A DNA stretch of 64,000 nucleotides from contig OX597815.1 in assembly GCA_951406725.2 (NCBI GenBank), positions 53,692,001 to 53,756,000 of the forward strand, in the 5' to 3' direction. A program made the position numbers and the translations under genes. This stretch comes from Octopus vulgaris (lineage: Eukaryota). Below the pieces are notes generated by a model, which was given only the letters and a program-made list of their open reading frames with translations, was not told where the DNA came from and made no database searches. This document shows, piece by piece, positions 56,203-64,000 of this stretch; within the stretch, counting starts at the first letter, position 1, and each line of letters starts with the position of its first letter.

Positions 56203-57041
56203 GAGTAGGAGAGTGGAAGGAGGGGGAAGAAAGAGAGAATATAATTGTCGAAATACTGAAGAGAAACAGACAACGAGAGACAGAGAAAAAGAAATAAATG
56301 GAGCGGGAATAAGAGCCAACCAGCGAGAATCTTTTTCAGAAGATTTACGATTTCATTAAGATTGTCATCCATTCAGAGAGGTCCATTAGCTTAGTTGAGC
56401 TCCTGATTATGGAAAGAAAATATTAAAATCAATGTCCATTGATAACACTTGTTGGGTAAAGAATGCACATGGTTTAATGTAAAGTCGAATGGTCATCTTT
56501 TGATTGTATGCCATATTATTTCATTATCACTGATGGATAGACAGCTAAAATCTGCTAGAATCCATCAAGCCCTGTTCAATTCTGTCTTGCTTCTATTCAC
56601 CAGCAGACGACGGATCACGTGGGCTGGTTTTATTTTTCTAGCCAGTGCAAAATTTCTATCTCTCCGTACCCCTCCCTATGACAACCATTGATTTCTCCTT
56701 CAACTAATCTCTGCCATCCCTTTTGTCTTGGTTCTTCGCTTCTCGTCCTCTTTACAGTTATTACCGTAAAGTAACAGAAACGGACAAAAAGAGCAAAAGA
56801 AATAGAAAGCAAAAGTAAATGTGTGGCAGAGAGTTACGATAATTGAAAAGGTTTGACCCATAAAGTAGGGGTTGGTTCTGGTCTACTACACAATACATAA
56901 AGAAATAAACAACAGAGCGAAACAGTTCATAAACTTATAAATACATGCAAATACTTCTTACACACATATATACACGTGTATTTTTAACACCATAATCGCG
57001 CGTCCCTCTCACATGCAAATGCACGTGCACATATATATATG

Positions 57042-57136
<95 letters not shown>

Positions 57137-57148
57137 CATCTATCTATA

Positions 57149-57187
<39 letters not shown>

Positions 57188-57204
57188 ATATATCTCACAC
57201 GCGC

Positions 57205-57352
57205 ACAAGTAGGCGTGTGGTAAAAAGTTTGTTTACCAACTACATGGTTCCTGGTTCAATCCAATTGCGTGGCACCTTGGGCAAGTGCTATAGACTCAAG
57301 CCAACCAAAGCCTTGTGAGTGGATCTGGTAGACGGAAACCGAATGAAGCTGT

Positions 57353-57355
<3 letters not shown>
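57205..57355 (+). mobile_element. CORE-like tRNA-derived SINE family B
   Basis: GTGTGGTAA...GGTTCAATCC...GGCACCTTGGGCAAGTG (CORE-like) ...AAAGCCTTGTGAGTGGAT. Confidence 0.7.
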
Positions 57356-57396
<41 letters not shown>

Positions 57397-57669
57397 CATA
57401 CATTACATACATATATACACATACATATACATGTATGTGTGTATGTCCCACAGCCACTTGGGAATACTTTTTGGGTTAATCTTACTTTAACAGAAAAACT
57501 AAACTATATATGCGCTCTCTTAACCTTTCTGTCTACCTCCCTCTCTCATTCTTCATTCTTTCTGGTTTCCTTTTCTTCTAAACTTACTATCCCTCTCTCT
57601 TTCTCATTCTTCATTCTTTCTGGTTTTCTCTACAACCCTTCCCTTTTTTCTCTCCCTTTCTCTTACTCC

Positions 57670-58260
57670 TTCTCCCACCTCCTGTCACTGACACGTGACC
57701 AGAGGTCTACTGCCTTTCTGACTACTACTTCCAACAAGTGTAGACGGCTTTCTCTGTCCCTCTCAAGCCGTTTTCAAAGCGTTCAAAATAATTTTTCCTT
57801 CGTTCAGGCTTAACAACCCTTAAAGTTTGTGTTACTGTTATTCTCCTTGTCCTGTCTTTTACTGATTTTATTTGTATTGTCTTTACTGTCCTGTTTTTTT
57901 TTTACCACTTTTACCCCTCCGCAAAAAATCTCAAATTTTATTTAATTTGCTTTGCGGGAAGGACTGTTTCTAAGAAGTCGTGTCTCGCCTTTACCTTCGA
58001 AACACGGAGTAGACGAAACAGAGGCGGCCGAAGAAGGGGAATTTTCCTTGTGTTGTATGTCTTGTACTCTGTTTTTTTCGTTGTTTAAAAAAATGTCCGT
58101 TTCCTTGGTTTTGTTTTTATGTTTTCGTTTCTCATTGTGTTCGACGTTTTGTTGGTGTCCTGTACCCATATATGCATGCATATATACATATAGATGTAGG
58201 TACGTACATATATGTATGTATATATGTATATGTTTTAGTTATTATTTTGTTATTATTTAT
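57670..58260 (+). repeat. Unclassified interspersed repeat, copy 2
   Basis: Highly similar to 32390-33000. Confidence 0.9.
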
Positions 58261-58264
58261 ATAT

Positions 58265-58418
58265 AAATTCCGCCGAGGTCGACTTTGCCTTTCATCCTTT
58301 CGGGGTCGATAAATAAAGTACCAGTTTCACACTGGGGTCGATGTAATCGACTTAATCCGTTTGTCTGTCCTTGTTTGTGTTCCCTCTATATTTAGCCCCT
58401 TGTGGGCAGTAAAGAAAT
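58265..58418 (+). mobile_element. 5'-truncated SINE-A
   Basis: AAATTCCGCCGAGGTCGACTTTGCCTTTCATCCTTTCGGGGTCGATAAA...GTAAAGAAATA. Confidence 0.88.
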
Positions 58419-58429
58419 ATATATATATA

Positions 58430-59878
58430 CTTGAAATTTGTAAACATGATCAGGGCTGTGCATCAAGATATGAAAGCTAGAGTTAATTTGGTGGTAGGCT
58501 CTCTGAATCTTTTGCCGTGAAAAATGGAGTAAAGCAAGGAGACCTTGATGCACCAACCCTCTTTGCAATATACTTTGCTATTGTGTTATAACACGCTGCT
58601 CTAAACTCGGAGGAAGGTATTTTCATACGATAACAACAAGAAATGTTTTTAATCTGACCAGACAGAAATTCAAAATGAACGTTTTTACTTTACTTATTAG
58701 GGAACTTTTATATGCTAACGATTGCGCTCGTATCAGTCATTCTGAAACAGGTCTGCAATCTCTTGTATCTGCATTTGACTCAGCTTGTGATGATTTTGAC
58801 TTGACCATGAACTGTTGTAATGTATTAACCTGCATGTGATGCTGTTCGTAACTTCTCTAAAATTTTTGTTCATCTACCTTGAAAGCTCTATACAAAATGA
58901 TGGAAATCTGGATACAGAAATACATCTGCGAATTCAAAGAGCAGCACGAGCATTTGGTGGCTTGGAGTCACACGTTTGGCGTCAGCGACATATAGATAAC
59001 AATACAAAGTTGGCTCTGTACAAATAATTTGTCTTACTATCCCTGTTGTATTCTTGTGAAACATGGACATGTTATGAAAGACATTTTATACAATTCCGCC
59101 AAAAATGTCTTCATCTCCAAACACAGATGTCATTGCATCTGCAGGCTTTACTACAATCAAAGCTATGATTTTGAGAAACCAAATGAGATGATGTGGCCAT
59201 ATTGTTCGAATGGCGATTAACACAGGACCAAACAACCGTTTTATGGTGAGCAAGCAGAGGGGAAACGCTATCGGCGTAAGCATAAAAAAGTTTTAAGGAC
59301 GCCATAAGGACTACTATAAAGTGACTTGGAATGGGTCTGGAGGATATAGAAACCCTTGCTTCGGATCGAGCTGGATGGCAAACAAAAGTGTGGAGTGAGT
59401 GAAAGCGTTTGAAGAGGTCAGGATAACGCATGCAGGACTCAAGAGAGATTTAAAGAAGGATGCTACGATTGAGAAGGTGAATGACAATGAACGTTTTATG
59501 CGCACAGTTTATGACAGATTATGCCTTTCTTTTGCTCATTTGAGAATCCGTAGAAAACGAGCCTCCACCAAATCTCATTTGAGAACCCGTAGAAAACGAA
59601 CCTCCACCAACTATTCTGCCTATATGTCTATGCACGCCTTTCAATGCAATGTATGCCAGGAGGTTTTCAAATATAACGGAGCCCTCAAAAGACATTTTAA
59701 GATGCACAAAGTCTGAACTTATCTGTAGCTCTTTGTGATCCAAATCGGATATGCAATCTATGTGAGTATCTTTTCAAAAATTGTCTGGTTTAAAAAGCCA
59801 CATCAGATGCCATGATGGTTCTAAGGTGTAGGTAGAGGAGGTAGTCAAACTCTGCATAAGGAGTAGTCAACCACCATA
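58430..59878 (+). mobile_element. 5'-truncated RTE-like LINE with C-terminal C2H2 zinc fingers, decayed
   Basis: GVKQGDLDAPTLFAIYF, RELLYANDCA, EIHLRIQRAARAFG, CNVCQEVFKYNGALKRHFKMH, LSGLKSHIRCH. Confidence 0.88.
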
Positions 59879-60507
59879 TATTTGAAAAAGGTAAAGAATG
59901 ACTTCACTGGTAGTTCTAATCAATTTAATTTTTTAATATAATTTTACAGTTTGGTTTGTTGATATGGTAAGTTCCTTGTCAACTCCGGTAGAGAATTTTT
60001 TAAAGATTCCTTGTAAACTTTTCTGGAGAAATTTATCGCATTCGTCAGTGGCGATTGTCAAACTAACCCCAGGTTGTGCTGTCTAATTCTATATATAAGA
60101 GATTTGGGTGTGCCTGGGGTGGGGTTGGGGTTTCTTAATAAGTGAGATAGTGAAGGAGTGTTGATGAACAAGTGCTCAAAGAAAGTAGTAAATGGTAAAA
60201 GCAAGATAGTTGATTGAGTGGAGTCGGGAGGTGGTGGAGCATTTAAGAAGTGTTTTATGAAGGGCTTGTTCCATTTGGATAGTTGACCTTTAGTGAAATA
60301 TATAATGGTCAGATAAGCAATAATAAATCTCTGAGCAAGCTATAAACAATATTTGCATGACATCATGAAGTATATGTGCCACCAAAATGTGGCTAACCCT
60401 TTAAGGGTTGATGCTACTGTAGCTTTTAGCCCCAGGAAGACATCCTCTGTGCCCTATCAGTATTTGCAAAGAGAAGTCATCGTTCCCATTTGCAGCCTGA
60501 CGTGATA

Positions 60508-60552
60508 CATACGGACCCAAGTTTCAGAGTATTGATCCGTCATAAGCGTGTG
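60508..60552 (-). pseudogene. Degenerate inverted copy of the 60807 hammerhead
   Basis: CACACG-CUUAUGA (G5U)-broken stem II-GAAAC-UUGG-GUC-CGUAUG. Confidence 0.75.
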
Positions 60553-60806
60553 AAAACTACCGGTTGGTGATGGGAAATGATTCTCAATGCAAATATATAC
60601 ATACTTTTTTCAGTGACGAAAAATTCACTGATCTCGAAAAGGTGGAAACAAGCAAATATACTTCACGTTTATACTACTGTTTATAGCTCGCTCAGAGATT
60701 TATTATTGCTTGTTTTCACTTTTTCGAGATCAGTGACATTTCGTCACTGGAAAAGTGCATATGTATTTGCATTAAGAATTATTTCCCTTCGCCAACCGGT
60801 GGTTGT

Positions 60807-60852
60807 CACACGCTGATGATGGGTCAATTACCCAGAAACTCGGGTCCGTGTG
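60807..60852 (+). ncRNA. Minimal type I hammerhead ribozyme, intact core
   Basis: CACACG-CUGAUGA-UGGG ucaauua CCCA-GAAAC-UCGG-GUC-CGUGUG; perfect 6-bp stem I and 4-bp stem II. Confidence 0.85.
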
Positions 60853-61249
60853 TATCACGTCAGGCTGGAGATGGGAACGATGACTTCCCTTTGCAAATAC
60901 TGATAGGCTACAGATAGTGTATAGCCAGCTGGAGGAGATCTCTTCCTGGGGTTACAAGTTACAGTTGCATCAACCCTTAATGGTTAGCCTCCTTTAGGTG
61001 GCAAATATACTTCATAATGGTCATATGTTTTTCATATTCTTTTCTTATGACTGAATTAACTATCTTAATTTTATAAAGAGAAGCTTCAGTGATATTTTAT
61101 GTTAAAGATGAGTTTAGGTGTGTGTTAATGAGGTGTAAGATACATGTCTTTTGATAAAAAGGGGATGATAGCAGAGGAAAAATAAGGTTAGCTTTGGAAT
61201 GTTTTTTGATAGAAATGTATTTTTCTATCAACATAAAAGATGGAAAGCA

Positions 61250-61860
61250 TTAACAGACAACAAATGTAAGGTGTACAAGTCCAACACTGAAGAATATCAA
61301 CCACATTATTGCCAACAGAGAGAGGATGTCTTCTAGATATTTTCTTCCTATGAGGCAGTTTGCAATGGCCAGGACAGTATGGAACAGGATAACAAAAATA
61401 AATAGTTAAATAACCAACCAACTAATTAATAAATAAAGACCAACAGACGAAGCTGGCTATATTGAAGCCGATGTGTTAAAACTGTAGGCGGAACTTAAAA
61501 TTTAAAACACCCTCGAAGTTTAAACACCAAAATACAATCAGATATTGTTATGTGGGACCACATAATTTGTTGTGAAAATCAGCTGCCCACTGGACACCAA
61601 TGTGGTTAGAAAAATACGAGACATTGATAAGGAGTTTAGTAAAACCATTGATAAGGAATTTACAAATCTAGTACCTAAGATATACTTTCCGCTTCATACT
61701 TATTACTGGAGCATCAAGGTGCACATCGATCCGCCTGGAGCAAAGTATGGCTGAACTTGGGTTCTTAGGGAGAGAACGCAAATCCTTAGTTCATACACTA
61801 CAAATAAGCACGTTATCAGGAACTCTAAAAATTTGCAAGACTCTTTAAGGTTTAAAGGAT
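61250..61860 (+). mobile_element. Decayed REL-endonuclease C-terminus of an R2/R4/NeSL-superfamily element
   Basis: EYINHIIA-like knuckle relic, DIVMWD..VVKISCPLDTNV, IITGASR, LQISTLSGTLKICK. Confidence 0.55.
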
Positions 61861-62664
61861 GAAAGTTAAAACATGATGCTTTCCGTCACAACCTTGCTAC
61901 CAAGGAGGTAGCCGATCAAAACTTATTCTAAATTATAAAGAGGAAGAACACATACAGGAGTGCATACAGAAAGGAAACTATCCATTGGTTAAGCAACGAC
62001 CAACAGACATTATGACAGTGTCAATGCAGAAGTGCTTGATGCTTCTTCTCTTTTAATATCAATGGCGATTCCTTTATATTTTTTGTCAATTCATTTTCAT
62101 TTTTTATTCTCCCCTCTCTCCTACATATGGGAACAGAATGTTGACAACGTGATGAATAGGAGTGAGGTCTTTGGAGAAACTCCGGACAATACATCTCCGT
62201 CCCGCGGGATGAATTCTAAAGAATTACTCATCAAATTGAAAATCAAGTCAGCCGTTGTATTGTAATAAAAGATTATGAATGAATTAAGTTGGTTCCATCC
62301 ACGGTAGTGGCGGCGGCGGCAACGGTGGTGGATGGTAATAACGCTATGATGGTGTTGTTGTGGACGGTGCGTGTGGCGGCAGTTGATGTGGAGATGATAG
62401 TTATTGTTATAATGGTATTGACGGTGAAGTAGGCGATGTTGCTGCTGGTGGTGGCGGTATTGATGGTGGTGATAGTAACTGTTGTGAGCATGGCGTCAGT
62501 TATAGTGGAGCAGTTGATACTGCTGATGGCAGTGGTGGTGACATTGCCTGTGAGGATTGCGTTGGTGACGGTGGTGCTGGTATTTGTAGCAAAAGAGTTG
62601 TTAGTGGTTTCGTAGCATTCGTACTAGTACAGGTAATTCTGGCAGTAATTATAGTGGTAGTGTT

Positions 62665-62700
<36 letters not shown>

Positions 62701-62744
62701 CAACAGTAGTAGTGGTGGTAGCAGTGGTGGTGGCGGTGGTGGTG

Positions 62745-62802
<58 letters not shown>

Positions 62803-63299
62803 CAGCAGCAGCAGAAGCAGCAGTAGTAGTTGGTAATACTGTGCAATGCTGGTGGTGCTTGCAGCCATGATGGAGCGATAATCCAGAAGCAGAAGTCGTC
62901 GAGAAGGCGGCAGTGATGACGATATTGATGGCGATACCGTGAGGGTGACAGTCGAATCAGTGATGATAGGGGAAGTTCAAGAAGTGACGGTAGAAACTAC
63001 AAAAACAAACAGAACTGAAACTGATGGTTGTTGTTGTTCTTTAGGCCCTGGTCTTTGGCGAATGAGGAGGTGAGAAGGCTTGCTTAATACATACCTGAAA
63101 TCACAATCTTTTATAACTATGTAGGACTGCATTATTTAACGTGTTGCTGATATTTTAAACGGCAGTGCTATCCTATGAGGGGGATTTCGCTGCACTATTT
63201 CGTTGAGGGTCACTGATTTATGTGAAGAAGTGGAGAAGTTAGTGGTGCCGATAGCATGATAGCAGCAGTAGTGACGGCGCTAGATGAGGTGATAGTGAC

Positions 63300-63650
63300 A
63301 GTGGTAAGAAGTTTGCTTCCCAAATACATCGTTCCGGGTTCAGACCCACTGCGTAGCACATTGGGCAATTGTCTTCTTCTGTAGCCTCGGGTCCATCTAA
63401 AGCCTTGCGTATGGGTTTGATAGAAGGAAAATGAAGAAACCCGCCGTATGTGTGTGTATGTGTGTCTCCGTATGTTCCTATTTGTTCCCCACCAGCGACT
63501 GACACCCTGTTTAGGTGTGTTTACGTCCCTGTAACGTAGCGGTTTGGCAAGAGAGACCGAAAGAACAAGTCGAAGGCTTAAATACAAGTGGCGGGGTCGA
63601 CTTGGTAAAATACTTCAAGATGGTGCTCCAACATGACTGAAACAAGTAAA
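63300..63650 (+). mobile_element. SINE family B
   Basis: GTGGTAAGAAG...GGGTTCAGACCC...ACATTGGGCAATTGTCTTCT...AAAGCCTTG; similar to the 57205 copy. Confidence 0.7.
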
Positions 63651-63718
63651 AGATAAAAGATAAAAGATAGACAGGCAGACAGATTGATAAATAGATATAT
63701 AGATAGATATATAGATAT

Positions 63719-63773
<55 letters not shown>

Positions 63774-63845
63774 CATAGAGACTAAGAGAAAGAGACAGGC
63801 ACGAAGAAAGAGAGAGACAAGAGAGAGAGAGAGAGAGAGAGAGAA

Positions 63846-63898
<53 letters not shown>

Positions 63899-64000
63899 TC
63901 AGAGACAGAAAAAAGAGAAAAAGATACGGAGAGGCAGACATAAATAGAACCGAATAGAACCGGTTGTATCTAAAACGTACTGGTTCTCTAAACACTTGCC

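Larger units (their letters stand above)
60361..61019. repeat. Long imperfect inverted repeat (arms ~295 and ~315 bp), probably inverted PLE pseudo-LTRs
   Basis: 60361-60658 is the reverse complement of 60704-61019; each arm carries a hammerhead motif. Confidence 0.92.

Noticed and set aside
60106-60130. G-quadruplex motif GGG-N7-GGGG-T-GGGG-TT-GGGG
   Set aside because: A single motif inside a decayed repeat, with no evidence of function.

Overview
AT-rich, microsatellite-dense animal non-coding DNA. The SINE, LINE and microsatellite repertoire suggests an octopod cephalopod (inference from repeat types). No host protein-coding exon is recognisable, and most listed ORFs are microsatellite or antisense artefacts. 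The window is mostly decayed transposons: a near-complete Penelope-like element (RT + GIY-YIG, probably Naiad-type) at 217-3183; CR1- and RTE-type LINE fragments, one with a twin-priming-style 5' inversion; R4/Dong-type pieces clustered in (TAA)n tracts; two internally deleted mariners; Helitron relics; many tRNA-derived SINEs; and an unclassified ~560-bp (TAA)n-flanked element. The most interesting signal is structured RNA. Three minimal type-I hammerhead ribozyme motifs have intact catalytic cores (20289-20365 minus, 52865-52907 plus, 60807-60852 plus). One has a built-in competing hairpin, and one lies in a ~660-bp foldback opposite a core-mutated twin. There are also degenerate hammerheads and a tentative HDV-like fold at the 5' end of a Dong-like element. 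All calls were made by eye, and repeat boundaries are approximate.
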